A stretch of 32,191 bases of DNA, taken from IMG/VR virus record IMGVR_UViG_3300044646_000899, positions 1 to 32,191 of that record, one strand, 5' to 3'. Below are positions 9,001-15,599 of this stretch, in pieces. The translations under genes were made by a program, and so were the position numbers. Each line of letters begins with the position of its first letter. The stretch's first letter is position 1. This DNA comes from a virus (Duplodnaviria; Caudoviricetes). Under the pieces are notes generated by a model. The model saw only the letters and a program-made list of their open reading frames with translations, had not been told where the DNA came from and made no database searches.

Positions 9001-11128
9001 AGTCATCAACGAGATGCTCGTCGGCGCACAGGATGCGAAGGGCGAGGCTGGGCTTGAGCATGCGCGCATCGTCAATTCGCTCGGCACTGCACTTCGTGCG
9101 GCGGGCTACGCTGGCATCGAAGACTACGCACTTCGCAACGGTCTCAACGGAACGTCGATCGCAGAGACCATGGACGTGGTGCTGGAAGGTCGGACGCGGA
9201 CAATTCCAGTTGGTTTGGCCATGTCCATCGCGGCAATGGATGACGAGACGCTGGAGTTGTTCATTCCACCGACGGCACCGGATGCGGCACGGCAGGGCTT
9301 GCAGTTCGCAGGAGCCGAGACGACCCTCACCGTATTCCCGACGGACGCGGAGATCCGGGCGATTCGTGCTGGGCTGACTGCGGGACAGCGCGGCCTGATC
9401 GATGCGATGAAGGACGTGCTTGAGGTGCAGATCCGTGACCGTGCAATGGAAGCCGTGTTCCTTGTCGAGGGCGACCAGCCCCCTGTGATCACGAACTACT
9501 GGCCTCGCGTCCGAAACATGGACGAATTCCAAGGCGAGTCAAAGTCAGTGCTGAACCAGCATGGGTCGTTGGTTCGCAGTGCGCTGACCAGCGTTGGGTT
9601 CACCAATGCCCGTGAAGGTGGACGCCAGCCGCTGATCTATCGCGATGCATTCCAGACGTGGGAGCGGCACCTGCATGTTGCGCTGGACATGATTCACATG
9701 GCGCAGCCCTATCGCGATGCATCGACCGTGCTCACCGATCCCGACATCGTGGCGGCAATCGATCGGCAGATGGGACGCAACACGGCGGAGGCGATCCTCG
9801 CGATCTTCAGCAACGGCGTCGGGGCGACGGCCCGGGCGTCAACGAACGCCATTGACCGGATGACCAACAACGTCACGGGCGCGGTTCTGTCGTTGTCGCC
9901 GCGCACGGCAGCGAAGGTCGTGGTCGGTGGAACGATTCGTCTTGGCAGCGAGATCCCCGGCAACTACTGGGTTGAGGGATTGTCGCGAGCGGCCATCCGC
10001 TTGCGTTCACCGAGCGCATGGGCTGCTCGCGTTGACGAGATCCATTCTGCCAGTGGCTACTTCACGCGGCGGCATCAGATGCAGATGCGAGGCATCGTGT
10101 CAGGCACGCTGTCTGCTGGCGATCGAGTCAAGGTGATGACCGCAGCCAAGGGAATGGCGCGTGCGTTCGCAGCCGCTGGGCATGCGGCCATTGCCAAGAA
10201 CATCACCGACAGTTTGAATGCGCTGGGGGATGCGACCGACAATGCGAACCTCACGCTCACCGCATTGATCGACATGCTCCGGCTGATGGACGAGCACATC
10301 ATGTCGGTCGCGGTGGAAGCACGACTGGCAGAGGCGAAGGACGAGGGCTTGACTGGTACCGATGCGTTTGAGCAGGCGGTGAAGCGGGCCGAGCGCGACT
10401 TCCGGCTGACCCAGAATGCCAGCGATGAATTCGATGAGACTGCATTCGCTGCCGTCAATCGAGTGCGTGGGTCCGGCGCAACGTGGCGCATGCTGTTCGT
10501 GTTCAGCAGCGACCCGCTCAAGGCGCGCAACCAAATCCGCCGTGCGTGGCTGTCTGGCGAACGACGAATCGGTACTGCGCTCGCCATTTCAGGCAACACC
10601 GCGAGCAGCACGATCATCGGTGTGGCGTCAGTCGCGACGGTTGCATACATGGCGAAGACGATCGCGGCCCTGTTCGGCGGAGCCGACGAGCCTGACGACG
10701 AGGAAGACAAGGCATTCGCTGAAGCCGTGAAGTCTGTCCCGGCATCGGTTGCAGCCGAATTGATCGGCTCCACGTTCGGATACGTTGGGCTCGGATTCTC
10801 GACTGCCCTGCAATCGATCGTCAATCGCCGTGCGATGGGACAGGCGATCGTTGTACGACCGATCGAACAGGCAGCGCGTGAGATGCAGGCTGACCGAGAG
10901 TGGTACTACAACGCCGTGCCTGCATTGCTGGCGCTGGGCCAGTTGCGTGGCGTGCCCGTGTACCAGTTGTATCGGTTCGTTGCGCAGCAGATTCCAGAAG
11001 AGGAGAAGGGCAAGGAGCGCACCGTGCAGGAAGCCGTCGATCGTCTGCGCATGCGCTACTCACCAGATGAAATTCGCAAGCGCATTCGCGAACAGGCAGC
11101 ACGACGGACGGTCCCAAGAATTCCCTAG
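2..11128 (+). CDS. Giant multidomain 'polyvalent' protein, probable internal virion/DNA-ejection protein carrying enzymatic modules
   Basis: 3708-aa uninterrupted ORF. Ala/Gly-rich helical N- and C-terminal parts and coiled coils. Internal motifs: LEEVFHD (~1937-1957), CDCYD...LPTAYRMFGF (~3026-3106), EWY...AITSQ...LGPKIGSFFNNL...TADVW...QAALW (~4480-5465), PVMLYHAT...GYD...DEIVV (~5864-6220), LGGSTGA...VVK...NE...NWDVIG..DN...VDLGG (~6338-6745). The start lies at the window edge, so upstream context is unseen. Confidence 0.85.
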   Translation: MSSFQKAIDEALRMSVQPGAEPMRPQSAPQMSFQDAIDSIVQTQLSEAPGATPGTAPGEADLLEGAAKQYEDLLITPEGGIGMTGSGGILPLREIERGLRMTAEQAAQTIATPGMRGQFIRSLMRPSEYIASWFSDVDPAMHNFVAQAFADKLSMAVEPEKSGLTVEDLRSELIAMRGAQQGMMRGAPEGVIPDVARAVGQNVPQMIGVAGALATGNVPVAAGIISTAMSPFTSYSSGFIEAMDEVDQQRADDAIEGRPLTEYSLQESRTRAEARAVIEAGVEAGGAAIGGKALAMIAGVGLNTKVGKAALRPFIERGAPIVNKALQSKAGQKGLDTFARISNGTASFRNGWLGRASGIIGVSGLEEGAEEGITAALMAPFTAAPLSKDLADGVYGAFIGTIAGGIGGTGSVLAVSGNRALMNRREAMRPETDHERALRTIHGDALKRRVNWQDGLDQTQIASVSSALDSLNGMDQQQRGVFLADLAQRQADIQTEVESMLDERQRLDIGLAGAMDAMDAQAIQDIKDDIARIDASIGSAVTDRLMASAIHNAVAEKISEMPAVMEQADPATVLSGMGTRAGMTMTETTAPKSGKRVQKQIEALGRKVVWFRPSGKFNPAFHSMRSRGVVYLNADAKPDRIMASALEEVFHDIQMFQPELAEVFMERAGLAPIYAAGVEYAGRGAPESAATGRMDLAAMEQAGAALGALEGVQQAPIAPGVARAGAARLEQEGAANAFAAAAAATRGGIFGPAVAFAAARGFLGREAMAAMAVFETVARAAAVSNVVGPKVQDPSLSPLARTLLWAGNMDVNFARDIETARKFVAKQAAERVGKVIATKREKAEAAARKAQVGDIQKSTAVAKLREALVGQPNMREGARLDMARRFMAAAASMATLNFRPLTPSEYLQGHKRNKATQTLTQYTLDQIANPTIETNETGTTRTSYEPYGIPGLDVAYMIKRVESLDSEGKRIGGYDEAVGLYSNETDITDVIAPVMLHAISRYPNTEMRCDCYDVRRPGQAEQNGKLPTAYRMFGFVADEQAMPNGYAQFDPQYLTPPSGMTLDEYIDLLSKYWKSEGWVPETDANGRVTNYPGVWFAKLNLSESERERIRSTGLAGFTADPSRLERIAAGRGERDAVVGVSVDGEGRPSPRVEQVDAAGGARDDQGDRRNPSADSDIFVGSARRISLVKLTLALKRELDTLTPDSKGRLLSASQWLPAAVKVDPEAAEAERMAAIPVIADAMARVRSSERAVAEAQDAIEAERKRLRAELRRKDASPAELAQTQASIVRLNQGRDIASLAETASYMTAEIGTIVAITNERARIVAKRESLRQYSKLKGAYAKDDVDQSAEARLVRLADAADAKDRIAALTERIRDIDQQVSSWVSGDPLVQALMQAQEDLAESTSALADAKANTFGDILADKGIMSYRMAGSRKYTVGELQVLLDSFSQSIMGWLTEYTQANPIPKQVEQIMVRSIADDLKYAATKAGSASALEWYGRLVDQMWSEASRRYPELAKKTSDDRRVFALMLAITSQGERVSNNALLTRALYEAWVSAGRDRIVIPPSFDARHVGPMIGNLNKLNVLRETLGSWKAVEKFMLTKAKVRQHNKTLREMNLLSENGKVVLINDAADDIVYMSSVLGPKIGSFFNNLYKRFDTLTADVWFTRTFMRPLGMLRRQDDTAIRSAIADVAQELAKARAIVAAGNPDAVGFAEAEQVLRRIPANVLENPALLDQVATNFDVEFAKDVRNRVVVGTSLKLRKKSPLEAALVRYAKALSASAAAPESNYIRTQMRSILTQAIDVVKNETGLQYEVADAQAALWYVEKELYAMFGAADDPVGQDYRVAMREAMSVDLGTSSAQAQLRSALAENDLDATVADGADAGVVAEPQSESFAREEAQDAEVRKTKAAIEAELRWAAESGFTLESFAREPSDELKALVASGDAKFIGSPNPTNPVMLYHATDEVKFSPYRSETGKLLRGLSLSTVDTDELKVFGKYIHAYYVIATNPLRVECHGASWDNIPSSALPLDIRDELEYVAISTDKVQQVALANGYDVVHFVGVNDDVGTHDEIVVSGRRNLISPFTGETLEQMDFAEMRVGNVPPLAALSGSSPLGGSTGATLQTAPTGERWVVKGDLGNANFGRNELQYFNAYRFFGLPVPDHGMDVRVGTPDLNRVLITRYAEGYQTIGQFRKEMGQRAFEKSLTYSDLGEHIVLHALARNWDVIGMDGDNTLVDPDTGNVLYVDLGGTGGYRAQGEAKPYITGPWWFTQLQTLVEYNPDYFYMPPNGAIITDVLTYFKGIAENRAAPEEERVNLPGDLQEHVRTVAAWLLGVSGMTNTLELSNILFQNRDEASIERIYEHAGKRLDALRNSTNTFATWQRMTFESIRALVSDGRVAPSSIRELIPDEALDFRTNQDAYAAGIAALRTAMIEREQSGEVNVALLPRFVDAYMRVSGNTEPEMVLSKVLGDTDARLIGYLINAHDGFIASMRNEERPSSSAYGNYAKLVKIPGTSVVEQVFGTATPVGAGPSATESMARDPDASDAERDALRSQISDMQRTMRDLENTTAAQRTNAMREVRVLQRRLSFAELVASRKEGQAQRLKARLERVKAINDAERIAASETASAAAKKLEEARARVVRLREEMRDRKSETREAIEALAEAEDRVDRIANWAYAIGRNEGLVAGQVFGMQKERNAAKPFRERVAVLEARVAQAESALRAATHRIKVDAKASARAIDFAHQMGLRAGQVQGMMRGRQQILKKMQQREDTLQRQIFAIKTMLQKSRNVLAVQRAARRIAMDAAMMLPRNLRGPLATRIANATTIAKANRVAVEATKLAVNEEVRQQLRVISALRKRMNKRGMRWDVRQAIERLLTKADANLRQANRRRIYATVATVPGMGSAVVNAVNIYAQVLDSANDVQAALLLYEQDRASFVAGQQQRVARYNDLKTRLATAMTGRQTLPMRDRADLPPRQSLARRISIANSDIYTLMLEVEGTMGGVINEMLVGAQDAKGEAGLEHARIVNSLGTALRAAGYAGIEDYALRNGLNGTSIAETMDVVLEGRTRTIPVGLAMSIAAMDDETLELFIPPTAPDAARQGLQFAGAETTLTVFPTDAEIRAIRAGLTAGQRGLIDAMKDVLEVQIRDRAMEAVFLVEGDQPPVITNYWPRVRNMDEFQGESKSVLNQHGSLVRSALTSVGFTNAREGGRQPLIYRDAFQTWERHLHVALDMIHMAQPYRDASTVLTDPDIVAAIDRQMGRNTAEAILAIFSNGVGATARASTNAIDRMTNNVTGAVLSLSPRTAAKVVVGGTIRLGSEIPGNYWVEGLSRAAIRLRSPSAWAARVDEIHSASGYFTRRHQMQMRGIVSGTLSAGDRVKVMTAAKGMARAFAAAGHAAIAKNITDSLNALGDATDNANLTLTALIDMLRLMDEHIMSVAVEARLAEAKDEGLTGTDAFEQAVKRAERDFRLTQNASDEFDETAFAAVNRVRGSGATWRMLFVFSSDPLKARNQIRRAWLSGERRIGTALAISGNTASSTIIGVASVATVAYMAKTIAALFGGADEPDDEEDKAFAEAVKSVPASVAAELIGSTFGYVGLGFSTALQSIVNRRAMGQAIVVRPIEQAAREMQADREWYYNAVPALLALGQLRGVPVYQLYRFVAQQIPEEEKGKERTVQEAVDRLRMRYSPDEIRKRIREQAARRTVPRIP

Positions 11129-11495
11129 TTCGCATCGAGGCTTCGCCTCGCTGCTCGCTACGGGAGTGAGTAGTAGTTTGTTTTTATAAAGGTCTCGCAG
11201 GGGGCTGCGCCCCCCGCACCCCCGCACAGCCCCGAGCGCAGGCTGCTGGGCTGTTTGCAGTTCAACTGGTGAGTGAAGGAACACCATGACCCCGGCAAGA
11301 GGTCACGGGAATCAGCCCAGCCGGAGCCGTGCGAGGTTTCCCATTGCCCACATGTTGCACCATTTCGCTGGGTGGTAGCCAGCCGCCTCACTGTGGGATG
11401 AGCGCGTCGTGTCAGGGCGACGGCGCGGGCTAGGGTCATGTCCCGCGTCTTGAACCACTTTGCCCCTACCGTGCCGGGCAATACTTGCAGGAGCA

Positions 11496-11524
11496 TTGAC
11501 CCGCAGGCCAGAGTGCGCTATGCT
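11496..11524 (+). promoter_or_regulatory. Sigma70-type promoter (rightward) for the predicted sRNA
   Basis: TTGACC (11496-11501), 17-nt spacer, TATGCT (11519-11524). The predicted start near 11531 coincides with the first base of a helix. Confidence 0.65.
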
Positions 11525-11530
11525 CCCAGC

Positions 11531-11686
11531 GCGTTTGGTTGTGCTTCAGCCAGCATGGTAGCGTCCCGGTCGCGCCCATGTCAAACGCAGGGTCAGGGGG
11601 ACGGGCGCGGTCAGGTGCCCGTCCCCACCCCCATTCAAGCCCCCGGAAGCACGCCCCTGTTGCCGCAAGGCCGGGGGCGTGTTTAT
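11531..11686 (+). ncRNA. Predicted structured small RNA displaying two GGUCAG seeds
   Basis: GCGTTTG(11531-37)/CAAACGC(11582-88) closes inner helices GGTTG/CAGCC and CATGG/CCATG. Linker AGGGTCAG (11589-96). 12-bp stem 11597-11608/11615-11626 with loop GGTCAG. Terminator-like hairpin 11647-11684. G-U pairs and a GCAA tetraloop favour the + strand. No credible ORF. Confidence 0.6.
11555..11584 (-). promoter_or_regulatory. Sigma70-type promoter (leftward)
   Basis: On the minus strand, TTGACA (11584-11579), 18-nt spacer, TACCAT (11560-11555). Confidence 0.55.
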
Positions 11687-11687
11687 T
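11647..11687 (+). terminator. Probable intrinsic terminator ending the sRNA
   Basis: GCACGCCCCTG-(TT bulge)-GCC-GCAA-GGC-CGGGGGCGTGT followed by TTATT (short U tract). Confidence 0.5.
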
Positions 11688-11755
11688 CATGGCTTGCGAT
11701 GAATACTTCCGATGGGGGTGTATGGACCTGAACACTCCTGAATTACGGTAAGCCT

Positions 11756-12655
11756 GTGAAACTACCGTGGTCGGTGACCTCACTCGCCCGCAACATCCAC
11801 CACGTAGAACTGGTGGCGAAGAGCGTGACCGACCACTGGTGGTTTCTGTTATCAGGGGACAGACATCACGATAACCCATTGGCAAATCACGATTTAGAGA
11901 AGCAACACTTCGCTGAAATGGTTCGGCGCAAGGGTGGTTGGATCGATGTAGGTGACCTCTTTTGTGCGATGGAGGGGAGAGCGGATCCACGGCGAAGTCG
12001 CAAAGGGGTACGAGAAGAGCACGCTCTGGCCCCGGACTACTTCGACTCGATCGTCAACCATGCGGCGACGTTCTATGCGCCGTACTCGCAGCACTGCGTC
12101 GTGATCGGGCGCGGCAACCACGAGTCTAGTGTCCTCAAGAATAATGAGACGGACCTGACCGAGCGGCTGTGCGAGCGCATGTCGATGATGTCAAAGCATC
12201 GGGTGCATGCTGGCGGGTACGGGGGCTGGGTGAAGTTCACGGCCAGCGTGAACAGCCACCGCTTCGCCCTGAACCTGAAGTATTTCCACGGCAGCGGAGG
12301 GGCCGCACTGATGTCATTCGACACCCTGAAGGTTCGCCGTCAGGCTGCGGTGATTCCAGACGCGGACGTAATCGTGCAGGGCCACGTCCACAAGCAATGG
12401 GTGATGCCGCTGGCCCGGGAGCGCCTGATCTACGATCGCAACGGCATGCGCGTCGAACACGACACCCAGTACCACGTGCGGGTCGGGACGTACAAGGACG
12501 AATACGCCGACGGAAATGGGGGCTTCCACGTGGAGCAGGGGCGCACGCCGGAAATTCAGGGCGCAGTATGGATGCGCCTCTCGTTGCACAAGGGAACCGC
12601 TCCCAGCGGGTGCATGGCCTATCGCCTGAAGCCGGAGTTCTTCCCCGCAAACTGA
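11756..12655 (+). CDS. Calcineurin-like metallophosphoesterase
   Basis: All five metal-binding motifs in order: GDRHHD, DVGDLF, GRGNHE, FHG, QGHVH. GTG start, exact start uncertain. Confidence 0.85.
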   Translation: MKLPWSVTSLARNIHHVELVAKSVTDHWWFLLSGDRHHDNPLANHDLEKQHFAEMVRRKGGWIDVGDLFCAMEGRADPRRSRKGVREEHALAPDYFDSIVNHAATFYAPYSQHCVVIGRGNHESSVLKNNETDLTERLCERMSMMSKHRVHAGGYGGWVKFTASVNSHRFALNLKYFHGSGGAALMSFDTLKVRRQAAVIPDADVIVQGHVHKQWVMPLARERLIYDRNGMRVEHDTQYHVRVGTYKDEYADGNGGFHVEQGRTPEIQGAVWMRLSLHKGTAPSGCMAYRLKPEFFPAN

Positions 12656-12672
12656 CCGTTTGAGGAGGACAG

Positions 12673-12942
12673 ATGCGCGTCAAACTGAACGGCAAGTGGT
12701 GGACGCTGCGCTTCGTTCCGCAACTGCGTGACTACGGGGACATGGTTGATCCGGGCAAAGCGGAGGGACGGCGAATCCGCATCGGCACGTGGCAGTCCGA
12801 GGAGGAATTGTTGGACACCCTTATCCACGAACTGTTGCATTGCATCGAACCGTCGTGGTGCGAAGAGCGAGTTGCACAAGCCAGTCGTGAAATGAGCCGG
12901 GTGTTGTGGCGACTTGGCTACCGGATCGACAAGTCCGAATAA
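12673..12942 (+). CDS. Small HExxH zinc metallopeptidase-like protein
   Basis: DTLIHELLHC followed by a downstream EE. Strong SD GAGGAGG. Confidence 0.75.
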   Translation: MRVKLNGKWWTLRFVPQLRDYGDMVDPGKAEGRRIRIGTWQSEEELLDTLIHELLHCIEPSWCEERVAQASREMSRVLWRLGYRIDKSE

Positions 12943-13077
12943 GGTGTACGAAAGTACTACATATTTGAACAAGTACCGTCGATTCGATCCATCATCGAAT
13001 TGCGGTCGCGCCCCGAAGCGGTACGCGTTTTGCGATAGCCGTACGCATATTTGATTGCGAATTCCTGACGGACCCGG

Positions 13078-13106
13078 TTGCGGTGTGTCGATACGGTCGC
13101 TATCGT
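13078..13106 (+). promoter_or_regulatory. Putative sigma70-type promoter of the recombination operon
   Basis: TTGCGG, 17 nt, TATCGT, about 45 nt upstream of the ATG at 13150. Confidence 0.45.
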
Positions 13107-13149
13107 GCGACTCGCAAGCATGGTGCTTGCCACAACCGGAGACTGACCC

Positions 13150-13968
13150 ATGAAGATTGTGATGGACATGCCGGAGGCTGAATACCACAGCCTCGACCGT
13201 ATGAGCGCAAGCGCGCTCAAGACCCTTGACCGCGCCACGCCGCTGCACCTGTTGGCCGAGCGGGAGAACCAGACCGACTCATCCGCATTTCGCGTTGGCC
13301 GTGCGTTGCACAGCCTGCTGCTGACGCCAGCCAAGTACGAACTGGACTTCGTCACCTCCCCAGACATCGACCGCCGCACGAAGGCTGGCAAGGAAGAGTG
13401 GGAGAAATTTCTTACGATCGCTGATGGTCGCACGGTCCTTACCAAGGACGAGTCGAACCTTGTCGAAGAGATGCGTGGCGGCGTGATGTCCTGCGAAACC
13501 GCACGCCAATTGCTCGCTGCGTGTGGGACCTGCACCGAAATGACGCTCATTGGTGAGTGGGATGGCATCCCGTGCAAGGCCCGCATCGATGGATTCATCG
13601 AGGAACACGGCACCATCATCGACATCAAGACCCATGGTGGCTTGGCATCGCCGCAGGAATTCGCCAAGGCTGCGCACAACTTCGGGTACTGGACCCAGTT
13701 CGCGTTCTATCGCGAGATGCTGCGCCGCGCTGGCAAGGAGGTCACTAGCGTGATCCTGATTGTCGTAGAGAAGAATGCACCGCACGCATGCCTGTGCGCT
13801 GCGCTGCACACCGACCATCTCGACCTCGCGACTGCCCGCCTGCCTGAACTGCTCGACCTCTACCGCAAGTACATGGACGAACCCGGCCAAGGCTGGCCAG
13901 ATACCGTGACCGAAATCCGCATGCCCAACTGGGCGACCACTGACCTACTCGCACCTATCGGAGACTGA
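13150..13968 (+). CDS. RecE/exonuclease VIII-like PD-(D/E)xK exonuclease (DUF3799-like)
   Basis: EYH...MSASALK, GRALHSLLLTP, DRRTKAGKEEW, CKARIDG...IIDIKT, YWTQFAFY, IVVEKNAPH. SD GGAGA. Confidence 0.9.
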   Translation: MKIVMDMPEAEYHSLDRMSASALKTLDRATPLHLLAERENQTDSSAFRVGRALHSLLLTPAKYELDFVTSPDIDRRTKAGKEEWEKFLTIADGRTVLTKDESNLVEEMRGGVMSCETARQLLAACGTCTEMTLIGEWDGIPCKARIDGFIEEHGTIIDIKTHGGLASPQEFAKAAHNFGYWTQFAFYREMLRRAGKEVTSVILIVVEKNAPHACLCAALHTDHLDLATARLPELLDLYRKYMDEPGQGWPDTVTEIRMPNWATTDLLAPIGD

Positions 13969-13971
13969 CCC

Positions 13972-14763
13972 ATGAATCGCACAGACTTCATCGGAGAACT
14001 GGCGGCTGCGCTCGCCAAGAGCAATTTGGAAATCCGCAATGCGGAACTCGACCGCGTCAACCCCCACTTCAAGAACCGCTACGCCACGCTCGGGAGCATC
14101 CTCAACGCGATCCGCATTCCGCTTGCCAAGAATGGAATCGCCCCTGTTCAGACCGTGAGCATGGCCAACGGGATGGTCACCGTCACTACCTCGCTGATCC
14201 ACGCGTCGGGTCAGGCGATCGAGGACGTGGCCATGTTCCCGCTGCCCAACAACGCCACCGTGCAGCAGATGGGATCCTGCATCACGTACCTTCGCAGGTA
14301 CGCGCTCGCGGCCATCGTCGGGATCGTTGGTGACGAGGACGATGACGGGGAGAACGACCGCGCTACCCGCTTGACCCCGGTCCGCGATGCGTTCAAGCCC
14401 ACGCAGGCGCGTGGTGCGGCGGAGGTTCCCGCAAAGAAGCCTGCGCCTGCGGCGACGCCAGCGCAGCCAGCGCAGACCGAACCTATCGGTGACTGGATTG
14501 CCATCACCGTCAAGTACGCGGACGAGGGCGTGGCTGGCAAGAATCAGACTCCGTATGTGAAGTTGAAGGACTCCAACGGCAACGCCTACTTCGTGTGGGA
14601 TGAGCAGTTGCACGGGGTTGCCAAGGCCGTGCAAGGGCAGACGGTGTGGATCATCACCGAGGCGTCCAAGAAGGCCGATGCGCCGCCCCGTGTCACGCAG
14701 ATCCGCATGAAGCCGCCGGAGCCCGCCTCGATTGCGGGGGACATCTTCGATGAGCAGGACTGA
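13972..14763 (+). CDS. erf: ERF-family single-strand annealing protein with a C-terminal OB-like domain
   Basis: NPHFKNRYATL, LIHASGQ, QQMGSCITYLRRYALAAIVGI..DEDDDG. Adjacent to the exonuclease. Confidence 0.9.
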   Translation: MNRTDFIGELAAALAKSNLEIRNAELDRVNPHFKNRYATLGSILNAIRIPLAKNGIAPVQTVSMANGMVTVTTSLIHASGQAIEDVAMFPLPNNATVQQMGSCITYLRRYALAAIVGIVGDEDDDGENDRATRLTPVRDAFKPTQARGAAEVPAKKPAPAATPAQPAQTEPIGDWIAITVKYADEGVAGKNQTPYVKLKDSNGNAYFVWDEQLHGVAKAVQGQTVWIITEASKKADAPPRVTQIRMKPPEPASIAGDIFDEQD

Positions 14764-15091
14764 CCTCGCAGCAAATGGGTTGCCTCCCCGGCGCACGCCG
14801 GGGCAGGCAACCCGCTGGGACACGCAGGATGCAGCATGGGATGCGGTGCAGCCACGGCTAGCAACCATTCAGCACAAGGTGCTGGAGGCCATCCGCGAAT
14901 GCCCGAGCACCTGTGACGAGTTGGAGCAGGCGCTCGCCCTCACACATCAAACATGCAGCGCAGCCGTCAACAACCTGATGAACAAGGGATTGATCGTGGC
15001 AAGCGGCTATCGCCCGACGCGCTCCGGAAGATCCGCCCGGGTATGGAAGTGCGCCGACTCGGAATTCCTGTTTCCAGTGGGGGCAGCATGA
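14750..15091 (+). CDS. Winged helix-turn-helix DNA-binding protein
   Basis: VLEAIR..PSTCDELEQALALTHQTCSAAVNNLMNKGLIVASGYRPTRSGRSARVW is a typical phage wHTH pattern. Confidence 0.8.
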   Translation: MSRTDLAANGLPPRRTPGQATRWDTQDAAWDAVQPRLATIQHKVLEAIRECPSTCDELEQALALTHQTCSAAVNNLMNKGLIVASGYRPTRSGRSARVWKCADSEFLFPVGAA

Positions 15092-15330
15092 CCGACATCG
15101 TCAACCGCCTGCGAACGAACCGCGACTGCCTCGCACCGTGCCTCATGGACGAAGCCGCCGATGAGATTGTGCGCCTTGAGCGCGTCGTGCTGGATCTGAT
15201 TACCGAGCGCGACGAGGCAAGGCGGGAGGTTTCGTTCCTGCGGCCAAGCGTTTGTCTAGGAGCGCAGACCGCACACGAATACGCAGAGGCTCGTGGTTGG
15301 GACTGCTTTAGACAGGAGGACGGGAAATGA
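15088..15330 (+). CDS. Hypothetical phage protein (MTDIVNRLR...EAADEIVRL type)
   Basis: ATGA overlap with the upstream stop. DIV.RLR and EAADEI.RL motifs are common in small phage proteins. Confidence 0.7.
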   Translation: MTDIVNRLRTNRDCLAPCLMDEAADEIVRLERVVLDLITERDEARREVSFLRPSVCLGAQTAHEYAEARGWDCFRQEDGK

Positions 15331-15596
15331 GTGATGATCCACTAGCGCGAGCGCACCAAGAGATCGAGCGCCTCACGTATGAATTGAAAGTAATGACCGA
15401 AGAGCATCGCTTGGCGTGCGCCGACAGAGACGAAGCACGAGACGAGATCACCAAGATCAATGACGAGTGCACAAAGTTGGCGTGCAGAAATGCAATACTG
15501 GTATTGCAATATGAACGCGCTTCGCACGAAACCGTGCGCGTGAAATCCAACATCGAATCGGCTCTTCGGAGAGCCCTTTACGAAGGTACAGGGTGA
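15327..15596 (+). CDS. Hypothetical coiled-coil protein
   Basis: ATGA overlap, SD AGGAGG. Shares RDEAR with the preceding ORF. Confidence 0.65.
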   Translation: MSDDPLARAHQEIERLTYELKVMTEEHRLACADRDEARDEITKINDECTKLACRNAILVLQYERASHETVRVKSNIESALRRALYEGTG

Positions 15597-15599
15597 TCC

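Noticed and set aside
11158-11496. 112-aa minus-strand ORF in the non-coding interval
   Set aside because: Weak RBS, no recognisable motifs, and it runs through palindromic and homopolymer tracts. Not called, but not excluded.
11589-11650. SRP RNA-like GGUCAGG motif or tRNA
   Set aside because: It lacks the SRP domain IV arrangement (CAGG-stem-GGAA loop-stem-AGCAG), and no cloverleaf or T-loop is visible.
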